DNA from: Bugula neritina
Lineage: Eukaryota; Animalia; Bryozoa
Assembly: GCA_964035545.1 (NCBI GenBank)
Contig: OZ037771.1
Span: 2,305,628 to 2,369,627 of the forward strand
DNA: 64,000 nt
Direction: 5' to 3'
Shown: one piece after another, positions 1 through 15,200 of the stretch
Layout: every line of letters starts with the position of its first letter
Position numbering within the stretch: position 1 is the stretch's first letter
Notes under the pieces: generated by a model
What the model saw: only the letters and a program-made list of their open reading frames with translations
Database searches by the model: none
What the model was told of the DNA's origin: nothing
Position numbers and translations under genes: made by a program

Positions 1-266
1 TATTCAAGTAATTTATTTGATATGGCTGCTTAGTGTTCCCTTCGACAAGTTAATCTGAGAGTGAAACTGGTCACCACTCATGATAAAATCTCTGAAGGTT
101 TGAAGGATTTTTCTGGCACAGGTTTTTATCCAATTTTAGCAATTTCAATTATTATTACACAGTATATAACAAAAGTCTTTTGAGCGTTTGAGCCTTTTGG
201 TAGAAAAATAAAACAAAAAATGGGAAAATTTTAACGGGTAAACGTGACAGGAATTCAATTTCCTAC

Positions 267-3200
267 CTTTTTGACCAGGGTATCCTAAGCCAGCATATCC
301 TGGAAGGCCAGGTAAACCACCAATTCCTTTGTCACCCTTCATTCCTTCAAAACCAGGTGAGCCATCTCTTCCATTTCTACCAGGATAACCCATTGCACCT
401 TTGAGTCCAATGGTCAAATCACCCGGTTCTCCTTTATCGCCATTCAACCCAGATCTCCCTAACAGTTATGGATATTCATTGAAACATTCCCAGTGTTCAT
501 AAATATATTATGTTTTATATCTATCATAGAACAAGCATTATACTTGGTAGAATCAAATGAAACTTTACCTTTGTTGCCATCTTTTCCAGGCTCTCCTGGA
601 GACCCCTTCAAACCAGGAGGACCTCTTTCCCCTTTTGGTCCTGCTCCACCATCTGATCCGTCTTTGCCAGGATAACCTTTAGGTCCAGGAGCACCTGGCT
701 TTCCAGGAAGTCCACCAACGCCCTTATCTCCTACCAATCCGTATAAACCTGCAAAACCAAAAACAAACATTAGAAGAATTTTGTTCAGAACTACAAATGT
801 CCGACAGTAGTTTAGTTTAAATTCTGCATTTGGAACATTTACAGCATTCCTAAAGTCAGAACACAATAGTATGTAGAGTCTTGAATGACTATTTACAAAT
901 ACAAGTTCAAAATATTTTATTTTACTGATTTTATTTGAAATAACAAAATCACAATCGGAAATAGTACATAAAAATATTTTAAATCTGAAATAAAGCAAAG
1001 CATGAGGTTGATTGTCATATCTGGAGCCAGGAGCTGGATGCTGCCCTACAACAGAGAGAGAAAGAGCATGTCAAACAAATGACAGTGAGTGAGAGTACCA
1101 GACTGTGAGACCACAGCAAGTGAGCCAGGCCAGCCATGAGAGAGATCAGTCAAATACAGTTTGGAAAGGTTGACAGGCTGAAGCCCAGCTCACTGGCCCG
1201 TGGGCCCAGTGGCCCACTAGCCTACTGGCGTATTCACTCAGTGTTGTTTGTCAGACATGATTTCTCTCCCTGACTGGCCCAACCGACATGCCATTAAACT
1301 TTATTATCTATTGCCTATTTAATTATTATTTCTTGTTTATTTATTACTTATTGTTTATTTATTACTTATTGTTTATTTAGTATTTATCCATTACTTATTA
1401 TAATTATTATTTATTTATCATTATGATTTGTTTACACTAAACTTTTGCTACTCAAGTTAAATACAATACAAATAATTTCTAAACCAAAGCAAAGCTTAAC
1501 TTTTAAATAAGTTTTATTATTTATTCTTCTATTATAGCATAAAATTATAGATTGTGCATTTTTTCCAAAAAAATTAAAATATAATAATGCTGGCATTGCA
1601 TTGTATTAGTATGATTTCTAAGAAAAGTAACTAAAAACACACAAAATGAATATCTGTAAGATTCCACTTACCTGCCCCTTTGATTGCAGAACCAAGTCTG
1701 ATAATCCACCACACCGTCTACTGATAAGTTTATTACACAAACTCCACGTATGAATGGCAGTCAGAAATTTATAAAACTCTTAAAGATATTTCAGTTCTGC
1801 AGAGTTATTTTATCATCTTTGCATTTTACTAAATACCTATTTGCTGCGAATGAATGGAGGCATTGAACACAGTTTGAGAAAACTCGTGTTTCACTAAGCA
1901 TCATTAAATTGCTTTTATATTTTAATTCTTTTTATAAACATGATACATTTCAAACATATAATTGCTATTGAACAAAGAACTGCTATTAAATATAGCAAAG
2001 TTATACTGGTGAGTACATGCTAGAGTTACTTTGAACAAATAGTCAATACAAATCTAACAAGTGCATCTACTCACCGGGTAAAAAATTCCTGGGATGTTTA
2101 TGTAAAGGAGTCACCATCAAGGAATTAAATATCTTCATTTAATTTAATGAAACTTCATCAAAATATTAACTGGCGTTAAAAAATACAACTGATACTTGTT
2201 TGAGTTTGGATCTAGAGGGTCAGCTGTTTAACAACTCTGAATACCATATCATAAAAGATTGTCTGTCATGTGATCAGACTATGCAAAAATCCGAGTCGAC
2301 TTATAAAACAACACAGTCGGCTATCGGTAATGTACAACCCAAGTACTTACTACTTTGAGTTGTATAACGACTTTCTTTTCAAAAGTTGTAATTTTCATGC
2401 ATAAATTGAAAATAAATGCAACATAAAGAACAGTAAAATATATTAAATTAAACGTAATGTAAGTGCAATAAAATAGTCACAATGTTATACATGATTGTTT
2501 GAAATGTGGTATGCTATTACTTTAATAGGTGATAGTTGCACCTTGTTGAAAAGTAACGAAAATGAAACCAAATCTTAGCTCAGCTCACAGTAAAACTCAA
2601 AGGAGAATCATTGTAATATTGCTATGACATAACTTTAATTTATTCAAGTAGTTGCTAAGCAAATCATACCAAAAAGACCAGACTCCTACGGAGCTCTAGC
2701 AATACCCAACAGGATCAACAGTGTACAATCTCACATTTAAACAAGTTACTCTTTCAACACAACGACATGAACTTATATTAGTTTGACTGTGATAAAGACC
2801 AACCTGGAAAACCTCTGTCACCCTTGGGTCCGGGAAATCCTCGATCTCCTTTTTCACCATCTGGTCCAGGAAACCCACGTGGACCCTCCAGACCTGCATG
2901 ACAAAGCATTGTGTTAGAAAAGGTGGTTCTGAGAAATGTATTCTGTCTTAAACAGGTAAGCAACACTTTAGAGTAGAAACTGTTGCATTCTATTCTAAAC
3001 TTAATTACCAGGAATTCCTTTCTCCCCTGGCAACCCTGAAGGCCCATCGTCACCATTTCTTCCAGGAAAACCTGGAGCGCCAGGTTCTCCTTTGTCACCA
3101 GATACTCCCGGCAAACCATCGCTTCCTGGAAAGCCGCGTGGCCCAGTATTTCCTTTAGGACCCTAAAAGTTTTGGATAAACAAGTAACTTAGCTGCCGCC

Positions 3201-6200
3201 CATTCGAATGTTAAAACATAGTTGGTTCAAAAGTAATATCATCAAGTCAATTTTAAATTGCTAGCAGTTGAAAACCATAGACAGAGATGCACTAGGTACA
3301 TAACTGTGATAAACTACTGTAGTCAGAATATACACTCACTGGATCTCCGGTCAACCCAGCAGGACCAGGAAGTCCATTTACACCTGGCTCTCCCTTCACA
3401 CCGAGTTGGCCTGGTATACCACCTGGTCCGGGTTCTCCCTTCACACCAGGAGTTCCCTCTCTGCCGTAGCCAGGAGGCCCCACGTCTCCTTTTACACCTC
3501 GAGGTCCTACATATACCAAAATGACAAGTATGATATGCAATCTAGAGTGGCAGAACTTTTTTAACCTTTTAAAGATCAAGAAAACGGTATTGACATCTGT
3601 GAAGGCCTACCTGGAAGTCCAGGAAGACCATCTAATCCCTTAGCACCATCTATTCCTTTATCACCGGGAAGTCCTCGATCACCTTTGCTTCCTGGTAAAC
3701 CACGCTCTCCGAATGCACCAGGTAAGCCATCAATACCAGGCATACCCATCATACCTAAGTTATACAAACATGTTAAAATATAGAATTACACTATTATAGT
3801 GTATTACTAGAAATAAATCGCTAAATATAAATACTACATCAGCAACTAGTGACATAGAGTGTATAGGTTAAATTAGAAGATATACTGGTAATAATTTCAT
3901 ATGCAACTAAAATTATTTTACCTTTATCTCCATCTCTTCCGGGTCTACCTGGTGAACCATCTAAACCGCGATTTCCTTTACTTCCGGGGAAGCCATCAAC
4001 ACCCTGCAAACCTTTATCACCTGGTGGCCCCTCAGGACCCTCAAATCCTGGTTCACCTTTCTCACCTGAAAGAAATAAATATCTCATAAATACTCCACCA
4101 GCAAGCTTTTAGAACTATTTTACAATTACATTGTGATCATACCAGAGACATTTAGGAGAAGTAGGGGAGAAATTGAGATAGCCTAAGTTCTTTAATTTTA
4201 TTGTTAAATTTCAGTTTGGGGCAGGGGTTGAATTTCTCGCAAGAACATAACTTCTTATACTACCATTCTAATCTAGAAGACAGCCTTTTCTCAATTTCTC
4301 TATCACTGCACTTACCTCAGTAGAATTGTATAGCATAACCTGCTCATTAAATGCTGTTTGATAATTATGATATAATATTTGTATCGTCAATTCTACACAG
4401 AGGAAGAATAACACTATCTAATTAAACAATTGTGTGTAACATATCCAAATAAATGTATTAAACATCTTACCAGTGACGCCTGGAAGACCATCTAGTCCTC
4501 TCGGTCCAGGTAAACCAGGCTGTCCTTGATTACCAGGTGCTCCAGGAGAACCGTGTTCACCCTTATCACCACGTGGACCAGTAAGACCTGGAGTACCATT
4601 AATTCCGTCAAATCCTCTGTCTCCTTTATCACCTGACAAACCGACATCACCAGGAAAACCTAAAAAAGAATGGTTAAATCATCATATTTTTGTTCCATAA
4701 GTTTGTAGATAGTTGTACTATATTAGCTAACAGTAACAGTCCTTACTTTTCACCATTAGCAATTGCTACTAGCAATATTTACCAAATATAAGCTCTACAA
4801 CTATCCTTAATTACCAGCAATAGTTCCAGTTACTCGGTAGTTGCTGTCATGTGCTATAGGTACTAGGTACTAGCTAGAGTTGTATATTTGGAGCCCAGTT
4901 CTTACATTTTCATTAAAGCTACATCATTGAATAATAAGTTTATGTTTTCATTAACAAAACCGTTACCTCGTTCTCCCTTGTCACCGCTTGGACCTACACT
5001 GCCTGGAAATCCATCTCGTCCTTTATCTCCTATCATTCCCTTAGCACCATCTAAACCTGGTCGGCCAGTTTTTCCATCCAATCCTCTCAATCCCTTTTCA
5101 CCCCTATCACCTGTTTAACACAATTTTTATCCTGTGTGTAGGTGCCAAATACAAATAGAAAAGCCTAAAAACATTCTACAGTTTTAAATCCAATCTGAAG
5201 TTGGCAGCACAAACATGGTATAGGATTTTACAGTTTTAATCATCAAATAATATTTAACGAAAATCTACACCACAATTAAAGACAAGACATATATTAGCAA
5301 AATAATTACTTTTTAAAGCATAATGCAACTGCTTTTGATCATTTCAAAAACAATTTTAAACATATAAAAATGGGCAAAGATAAAGAATAGAAAATTATTA
5401 AAATATATATTATTTTATATAAAATGTAGCACAACTTTTTTGGTATAAATTTGAGCTTCAACCAACAGAATAAGTGTTTACAATGTTTGAATGTCTAGAC
5501 AAAACAACAGCACAAACCTTTATCACCACGATATCCTGGTAAACCGTCTAAACCTTTTATGCCAGGTTCTCCTTTAGCACCCGCAGCTCCTTGATTACCA
5601 GCTGCATCTTTTCCCTGTAATTGAAGACAATCACACTTGATTTCTTTAACAAGCAAACTGCACCACATCATGAAACAGAAAACTAGTCTTATCAAAGTTT
5701 ATATGCAAATTGAAATTAATTAATGCAATTATTGATTTATTGAGATAAAAAGTGAGCTAGAAACGTTATGTTGGTATTAAAAACTTTATGGTCAAACTAA
5801 TGGAACATGTCCAACAGATAAAATTGTTTAAAATTTTGGTCATTATAAACTTTTTCCTATCCTGATTTATTTTACAGAATACAATTTTAATCTAACTAAA
5901 AATATTTATCAAAAATGTTGAGAATAAGATATAATACCGGCAATCCTCGTGAACCAGGATCTCCAGTTAATCCACGATCTCCTTTAGGGCCCAACAAGCC
6001 AGGCAAACCCTTGTCACCTCTGGCTCCCGGAAGACCATCTAGTCCAGGATCACCAGGTAGTCCATCTAATCCGGGCTTGCCTGACACACCAGGTACTCCT
6101 TGGAATCCCTTATCTCCTCGTGGGCCATCTCTGCCCATTTCACCTGCAGCAACATCATCAGAAGAAACACTCAGTACTTGTTTTCTTTGCAACCACTGAA

Positions 6201-9200
6201 CGTAAGAATAAAAACTAAATTTTATTTTAAATAGTTGAAATATAAAGACGTACCTTTAGCTCCTTTATCACCATTCAAACCGTCTACTCCATCTAAACCA
6301 TCAAGTCCAGGTAAACCAGGCACACCCTTAGCCCCCTTTATAGCCTGTAACATTTCCACAGTCAAATGCATAAGATGCTTCTAGTTAAGAATACCAAAAC
6401 ACAACTCATTACAAATACATATTCGACCTTTAAAAGTACACAAATAATCGTACACTGTGGAAGTTAGTAATATTAAACCTGTAGGAAATACCAACAGTTT
6501 ATACCCAGGTGCGAGGGGAAAACTCCTAAAGCATATGAATATGTGACAAAGTATCGGAGTTACACTTTATGCTAGGATTGACATGTGTCTAGAAACTTAC
6601 AGTGGACTGGCCCGGCTCTCCTTTTTGACCCGGAGTTCCGCGTGGCCCGGTTAAGCCTTCAAAACCGTCTAAACCTTTGTCACCTTTAGGTCCCTGGAGA
6701 CCGACCCCTGGTAGTCCTTCAATACCTGGCTTACCATCTGCACCGGGAGCACCTGGTGTACCCTCTCTTCCAGGTATACCATTGAGGCCCTAATTTAATA
6801 GCCACAGGTAAACATAAAAGCAAAATAACATTAGTGTAAGCTTGGGAAATACTTCATAAAGGTATATATACAATTATACTATAATATTATATATTACAAT
6901 ATGATATATTGCAATATTATTACATGAAATAGATTAGTTGCTCATCAACAGACGAGTAACCATGGTTACGCTTACCGGCTCGCCCTTAGAACCGGGATTT
7001 CCTGGCATACCACTGGGACCTTGTGGCCCTTGAATGCCCTTAGCACCTGGTTCTCCAAAATCTCCCGGTACTCCCCTGGGACCTGGAGCTCCTTTTATGG
7101 GCAGCGGTGGTTGGCATTCAGTCTTCTCTCCTTTCATTCCTTTCTCTCCATCTCTGCCATCTTTACCTGGGAGACCCTAAACAGAAGACATAATCATAAA
7201 ATACAAAACGGAAAGAAATAAAATTACAGTTGAACTTTTACTGATCACTGCCTAATTGACCAATGAAATGAAAATAAATCAAATGAATTATAGAAACTTT
7301 CAATTTAATCAATAGACTAGTAGAAGTAAATCATTGGCAAAACTGTTCTTTTCCTAACTACTTCAACAAAAACTTTGGCTTTGAAAAAAATAGTTTTGCT
7401 AAATTATTGCATGCAGATCTGTAAAGTGTTTGCTCAATGAGCGTAGTTAAAAATAATGGCGAGTTGTGTTCAAATATAAAACAGATATTATTAATTGCAG
7501 TGAAATTATGCAAATAAAATATATAATTTTGTTTCTGTCTACCAACAGCTTGAAAATCATTTTTCTAAAACAGTGTAAATGACTATTGAAACAAACCGAT
7601 ACTCCTTTTTCTCCTTGTATACCAGAAGGTCCATCATCTCCAGGCTCACCCCTGTCACCATCAACTCCTGGTACACCGCGTTCACCTTCCAATCCGCTGA
7701 GGCCATTGAAGCCGGGTTCACCCTTACCTCCGGGTGTACCAGGCAAGCACACTCTGCATTCTCCTCCTTTACTACCTGCAGGAAAAATTAGACTGAGTCT
7801 GCAAGCAAGTCATTACTGCTAGTACATGGCGCACACATAAAATGAGTAACATTTTCTGCATTTTATCTCAGGATTTCAGTTTCTTTACCAGGAACATGAG
7901 ATTGGTCAACATATGCAAGAACAAGCCGACATTGATTTTAGTGCAATTTGAGTATGACTATGACTGCTACATAAAAGTGCATTTTATGGATACTACATGT
8001 ATGTAGTGCTGTGTTACAGCCAATACACATAAACTTTAATAATTATGACAAAAATGCTGCAAGACATAATCCAAGAAGTTAGAATTAATAGAGCTTAGCT
8101 ATCAGGACTTTGAAGTTTGGAAACACAAGAAAACACAAGTTTAGAGCTTTGGTTTATCAAAAGTGTTACATCTTGTATGTAATAGTTCAATATTACATGG
8201 TTTATGCTATGTAGTATGTAATAGCACGATATTACATGGTTTATGCTATCTCATGGAGAATAAACAATGAAAAAGAGATGTTGATCTCCGCCCAGGAGCT
8301 TCATTTTAATTACAGTTTCCTTATTACTTTGGAATTTTTATTTTTTCTTAAAAAGTAATGTTATTATATTTCACCTTTTGGACCAATACCTCCTTGGTCA
8401 CCCGGAATTCCTGGATATCCACGTGGACCGATGTCTCCCTTGGGACCAGGTGGGCCTCTGGGTGGTAGACCACCTGGCTCTCCTGGTGCACCAGGTAATC
8501 CAGTATTTCCCTAGAATAATTATGTGTTTGTATAATTATGTTTAATCAAGTCTATTCATATTACATTTTCTTGTTATTTTAGGCAATAGAAATTCCAAAA
8601 ATTTAGCAACCTGCTAGTATTTAATTATAATTTAGACTGTATATATTCTATATAATATGCATTTTATAGTACATGTATTATATACCCATATTCTATATTG
8701 TATAATATATTCTATACTATATGTATTTTATTACATTCTATAGAAAACTGTGATATAAAATCTAAATAAAATAACGACAATAACCTTGTCTCCAGGTTGT
8801 CCAGGAAAGCCCATATCTCCATCATTACCATCTCGTCCAGGTATAGATAAGCCAGGCAACCCTTTAAGACCTTCATTACCTTTCTCACCTTTCAGACCAT
8901 CTCTACCAGTTCTTCCATCTTCTCCAGGAATTCCTAATAACATACAACACCACTATACCATGTTTCTATATTACCACTATACCGTGGTTCTACATACTTT
9001 TAGAACCATTACAGCAATTGACAAAAAATGAAATAAACATGTGTCTATTCTTATAAGGAGTTCAAAATTGCATGATTACATAAATAAACAGGTATTTAGT
9101 GTTAATATTGAAGCTTCTTGACCTTATTTTCTAGATGACCTTCTCACAGCTTTCAAAATTATTACCAGTTTTTAACTTCAATCATTGCATAGAGATAGCT

Positions 9201-12200
9201 TTTCAATTGACATAACTTTGACAAACAACTTGATAATAGAAAATACATGTTCCAGGCTTAACGGCATGTGTGGAGGATGTTGTTTCTTTAATAACGGCAG
9301 TAAAATAACTTAAACCACCTGCATGCTGTTTTACCTGGGTATCCAGCTTCTCCTTTATCTCCCTTGGGACCAACTGGGCTAGGGGAGCAAGGTCGGCCAT
9401 TAAGGCCAGGAATTCCGGAATCTCCCTTAGGTCCGTCTTGTCCTGGAAAACCTGGGAATCCTGGTTCTCCAATGGGTCCCACACGGCCCTCGTTTCCCTT
9501 AGGTCCGGGAGCACCAGGTATTCCTCCATCTCCCTTACCCTATTCAATATGCAAACTAAATTATTTCATAAATAAAAGTAAATAATGAATACTTCATAAT
9601 ATTATTATTTAAATTTTCAGCAACCTATAATGTAATGCTTTTTATACCAGTTGAGTCACAGCATAATTTAAGAAGAAAGAGCAACAGAAAATGTTAAAGT
9701 TGATTTAACTGTCACTGTAAAGTAGACACAACAAAGCAATCAGTGATCTGCCAACGAAGTGTACTTACACCTGGGTTTCCTGGTGGTCCTGGTAATCCAG
9801 GTCTACCAATTTCACCAGTCCTTCCTTCCATTCCTTTAAGACCAGGATATCCATCTCTACCACGATCTCCCTTCTCACCTACATTTCCTTTCATACCATC
9901 TTGCCCAGGTGCACCTGGGAAACCTCTTGGACCCTGAAGTTAATAACAAACATGAAGGATAAGACCAATTAGCTAACAAAAATATTTCAGTTGGGATAAA
10001 TACACTTTTATGGTACACACCGGCGGGCCGGCTCCTCCACGAACACCCTTTTCTCCCTTCATCCCAGTTTGACCTGAGTAGCCTGGTGGTCCATCAACTC
10101 CATCATCACCAGACAATCCAAATTCTCCTTTGTCTCCCTGAAAAAGAAAAGAAATTATCACTGAATAAACAAATACATTTAAACACCAACTATGAAAAAA
10201 TGGGGAAACAACATTTCCACAAACTTATTACAACTCCTATAACTAGCTTTAAATTGGAAACATATTTAACTGTATTCAACAGGTGATGTTTACCTTTGCA
10301 CCTGGCTCGCCTCTTGGCCCAGGTCGTGCTATAACAGTAGTAGGGCCATCAACTCCAGGGGTTTGAGCGGGTGGTCCAGGGGGTCCCGGAATACCTTTAC
10401 CTCCTTTTGCACCCTTCTGACCACGTAATCCTATACCCCTCTCTCCTTTCATACCTTTAGCTCCAGGTAAACCAAGGTTTCCCTTGTCTCCAGTAGATCC
10501 TGTGAAGATCAGACATAGACTGGTGTATTATACAGGTAGGTGAGAAGAAAGTTCAGCCTCGTAGTCAAAAGACTGACCTGCATTTTTATATTGCTTCACA
10601 TTTGAAATATATTGATGAAAAAAGAAACTATTCAAAATGTGGTTAATCTAAAAATTATTCCTAACAGAGAAAGATGTGCTAATTTACCATCAATCACTCA
10701 GGGAAAATGATTTACATGTAACACCATAAAGTGTTAAGTTGGCAGAAAAGCTACAGCATTAAGCATCCTTTAAAATAAATAAATAAATAAATAGAGGAAT
10801 CAAAAACTTACCAACAAGCCCCTGCACTCCCCGATCTCCATCTCTACCTGGCACCCCATCTCTACCTGGAGGTCCATCTCTACCGATAGGGCCTGGTTCA
10901 CCTTTGGCACCTTTAAAGTTTGTTGCAGAATCTCCTTTAGGTCCGGGTGCTCCAGGTGCACCACGTCGCCCTTCTTCTCCGGTTGAACCAGGGAACCCTT
11001 GTGGACCTGCAAACAGACAGAAAAGTGTCTTAAGTGTTATTATTATTTGTCATATGGTGAACCTACATTGGGCCATACTGTTATAAGGCGTTGCATAAAT
11101 ATGTAAAATATAGAAATAGGGAAGAAAACATTTGCTACAAACCTGGCTCTCCATCAGTGCCGTTACACCCATCAATACCAGGTAATCCCCTTGGCCCTGC
11201 AGATCCTGGTAACCCAGGAATTCCATTCAATCCAGGAAATCCCGGCATACCGGATTTTCCCTAAAAAAGAAACTTACACTAATCAACATTTACCTAATTA
11301 GTGTAGTATTAGACAAAGCTAATAGTCATTATAAAGCATAAGTTATTTTCAAATATTTCATTATCGTCAAAACATTTGTGAGAGTTTTACTCTGTACTTA
11401 TGATCTGTCGATGCATTCTGGAACATTCATCAGTGCATATGTATGTTCTGTCTTCTCTTAATATTTGGTTTTGATTCAGCTACACAGCAGTCTGTTTTTA
11501 CAACATTAAATATCAGTAATATGCGAAATAATCACAAGAAGTGCAGACAACTTCTAATTGAAGGTGGCATACAGATTTATAAACGCACCAGATTGCCCTT
11601 AATACCGGGAGCTCCATCTCTACCAGGTTCTCCTTTCACACCTTTAGGTCCAGGTAATCCTTCCACTCCCCGTGGTCCTCGCAAACCCTTTAAACCCTGA
11701 GGTCCCAATGCTCCAGGATAACCCTTCAAGTTAAATGAAATACAAACATGTGTGTCTCTGTCAAATTTAAACCAATAAAGGTTAGTATGAATTTTTTTTA
11801 AATATTCAAATAAAATCTTATCTTTATGCAAAGTTTAAAATAATAAAGTATTTCATAAAACAAAATGACAACTGGTAGAGAAAACTGAAACTGTTTTCTA
11901 TTGTTTTATTATATTTATTAACTATCAGTGGGTGAAAATAAACAAAACAACTACTATTTAAAATACAAATGCAAATATTATAGCATTAAACAGTATACAG
12001 TACCCACCCTATCTCCTTTCTCAGCTATGCATTTACAAGTACCACCATTGCTACAGTCAGCCCCGACACAGGGCTCTTCGGGCTGCACCTACAAATATAT
12101 TATTCCATATTTCGTCATATAGAAAAGCCTTCTATAAGTGTATGCAGACAGTTGGAAAAAAAATACTAAAAAACCTATTCAAGCAGTTTGGCAAAATAAT

Positions 12201-15200
12201 GCATTTTAATCTTTAAAAATGTTGGAAAAGTTAGTAAAATAGTTCTGTAATATAATAAAATGTGTTTTAATTCAGTGCTGTAGTAATCAATAAATCAATT
12301 AATAAATCAATAAATCAATAAAATCGGTTTATACATCTAGCAACATATTAAATATTCTAGGAAAACTTAGCTAATGACGGCTACATAACATATTCCTAAC
12401 CCTTGCGGGTGCAGCCATGTATTTTCTCTGCTTTGCAATTGAAGCATATAATCACGTACTGATGTTATATAAATTAATACCTCATGATTTGACATTGTGT
12501 TGAACCACGTAACATAAAAACCTGAGCATTCAGTATACTTGCTTTGATAACTTGTGAATGATAAACTGTACTTTGATTAATAATTAATCGCAGCCATCTA
12601 ATAAATTATCTGCACATGTAAAACAACTTCCCTCTATAAATGACCCTCCATTGTAGTGGGATAAACACCCTGTCAAACAGCTATTCTTGGGACAGACATG
12701 ATAAATTAGTCTGCCTAATTATATTTGGGCAACAGAAGCCCCTTAAGATCCACGTTTGTATAGTGATAAAAACCTGCAAGGCCCTGCTAAGGCATTTTAT
12801 TTAGCCTTAGAATAAGATGATGAGTATTAGAGAAAGGGGGGGGGGTCTATTACAGTGAAAACTATTGCAGGTTTACAGGTTGGAATTGTAAAAGGTAAGC
12901 AATTAGCTAATACATCTGGATTTTCTAAAATTAATGTGATGGATATAATTATCATATTAGCTATAAGAGGTAAGTGCAAAGCAATTTTTACATAAACACC
13001 CTTGAGGTACCTCTTTTGGCAAAAAGGCCAAGTCACAGAACCGTTGGTTTGGTATTTGGTTTAGAGAGCAATATACCAAATTTTTGAAATGTATATATGC
13101 ACAATTCCAGTATATTATATCCACAATATTTGTAGGTAAATTGGTAAGTAGGAATTTAGGACTTGAAGCTTGTGGGATATATTGTATATAAATACTCAAC
13201 TCCATGCTAACATTGCTAATACCCATTGAAAAGATGTACTCAAATAAATAACAGCAATGCAACTTGCACTAATAGCTGCCACAGTGTGAAGAAGTCAACT
13301 AACTTTACAAAAAAAATTAATCTTTATGTAGTTTGAAAGGGGAATTTTTTTATACACTCCTAATGAATCAGAAGCCCGGATAGAAAATGCCAAAAATTTT
13401 AACACCTTAGTTCATAGCCTGTAAAAATGGCATTAAATGCTATAGCTTGAGGACCAGGAAATCTATCTCACCAGTGCGAACTCAGCTTTAAGTCGGCTGT
13501 TTTCGGCACGATTGCTTCGGGCTGCTGATTCATAGTCTGCATCTGATAGAAAGCCATTCTGCCATTGGTCCAATATTTCTCTGTACATCTTCTCATTCTC
13601 TTCAATTTGTAATCTCAGCTGGGTTGCCTAGCAACATAGTAACACAAACCAATAAGATTGTTCCTTCGCAACATAACAGAAATCAATAAGATTGTTCCTA
13701 AGCAAACTAAAAACAGTAATCAATAAGATTGTTGCTTTACTTAACACCTATGATTTCACTGATAGATAAAAGTACAATTTGACTGAAAAGATTTCTATAG
13801 TACTTTGAGCAGAAATTTTAATTATGCTAAATTTAGTTTGATTAAAATTGATTGGGATGTTATAACAGAAAAGTTGTGAGTGAAAAAAATAGCCCATGGG
13901 TAAATAACAGAAAGCATGCGCAGCATTAGGGGTTGTAATGTTATAAAACCATGAAGCAGTAAAACAATTGCAAAAAACTGAAATCTATTGAAATAAATCA
14001 CAATTACAGTTGAACAAATGCATCGAAAAAGTGTTACAGAGGTATCTTTTAAATTGTTTTGGCACTAAAACCTTTGACTTGTATGAATACCTACTCAATA
14101 TGCTTAACTAATTCATTATCTTCAGTGAGCGACTTTTGTTCAACAGATAAGTGTGATTTGATAAATTAAATTATTATTTTAAAGTGTTAGTCACCACTAT
14201 TAAAATTTTGGAACATCTAAAATAACTAAAAATATCTAATAGAAATGCTATACAGTTTGTTTATACACAGAATCCTGTTGAGGAGTAAATGTTCCTACAA
14301 TAGAAGATATTCACATATTAAAGTCATTCTGTGTCAAATTAATTCCACAAATTATAAACTGTAAATGTTTCAATGTGTGCAACATAATGCAAAACACAAC
14401 TAATAGTTGAGAACAAAATATTTTCAAAAGGTACTTTAGGAGTTATCTTCTTTTTTAATTTTTAACCTGCTGAAACTTTAGTTGAAAACTCAACTTTGAA
14501 TAAATTCAGGAAACACTAAAATTAAACTAAAACAAGTCAACTGCATGTGACTGAACTCTTTCACTGACCAACATAACTTTTTACTAGTAGGAATATTGAG
14601 TTGAGCGAGAGTATTAAGTTTGAGTACTGAGTGAGAGTATCAGTTTGAGTACAGAGTGGGAGTATCAGTTTGAGTACTGAGTGGGAGTATCAATTTGAGT
14701 ACTGAGTGAGAGTATCAGTTTGAGTACTGAGTGGGAGTATCAGTTTGAGTACTGAGTGGGAGTATCAATTTGAGTACTGAGTGAGAGTATCAAGTTTGAG
14801 TACTGAGTGGGAGTATCAATTTGAGTACTGAGTGAGAGTATCAAGTTTGAGTACTGAGTGGGAGTATCAATTTGAGTATTGAGTGAGAGTATCAAGTTTG
14901 AGTGCAGAGTAAGAGTATCAGTTTGAGTACTGAGTGAGAGTATCAATTTGAGTACTGAGTAAGAGTATCAATTTGAGTACTGAGTGAGAGTATCAGTTTG
15001 AGTACTGAGTGAGAGTATCAATTTGAGTACTGAGTAAGAGTATTAGTTTGAGTGCAGAGTGGGAGTATCAAGTTTGAGTACTGAGTGATTTTTACCTGTT
15101 ATTATAGAAGGTTTCAAGAATTAAAATTTAGTAAAACCTGCTAAAAAAACTGAAAATATTTTAGACCAATTGAAAATTGTTCCTGCAAATGATTTCATTG

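Noticed and set aside
1672-1731. Strong minus-strand donor (CAG|gtaagt at 1672) in the 2803-749 intron
   Set aside because: No acceptor yields a phase 1-1 open exon, and the direct join 2804>748 gives perfect Gly-X-Y.
12401-12427. Possible 27-nt phase-0 exon RKYMAAPAR, or an alternative ATG near the 7S exon
   Set aside because: Weak acceptor, and it encodes no signal peptide; cannot be supported.
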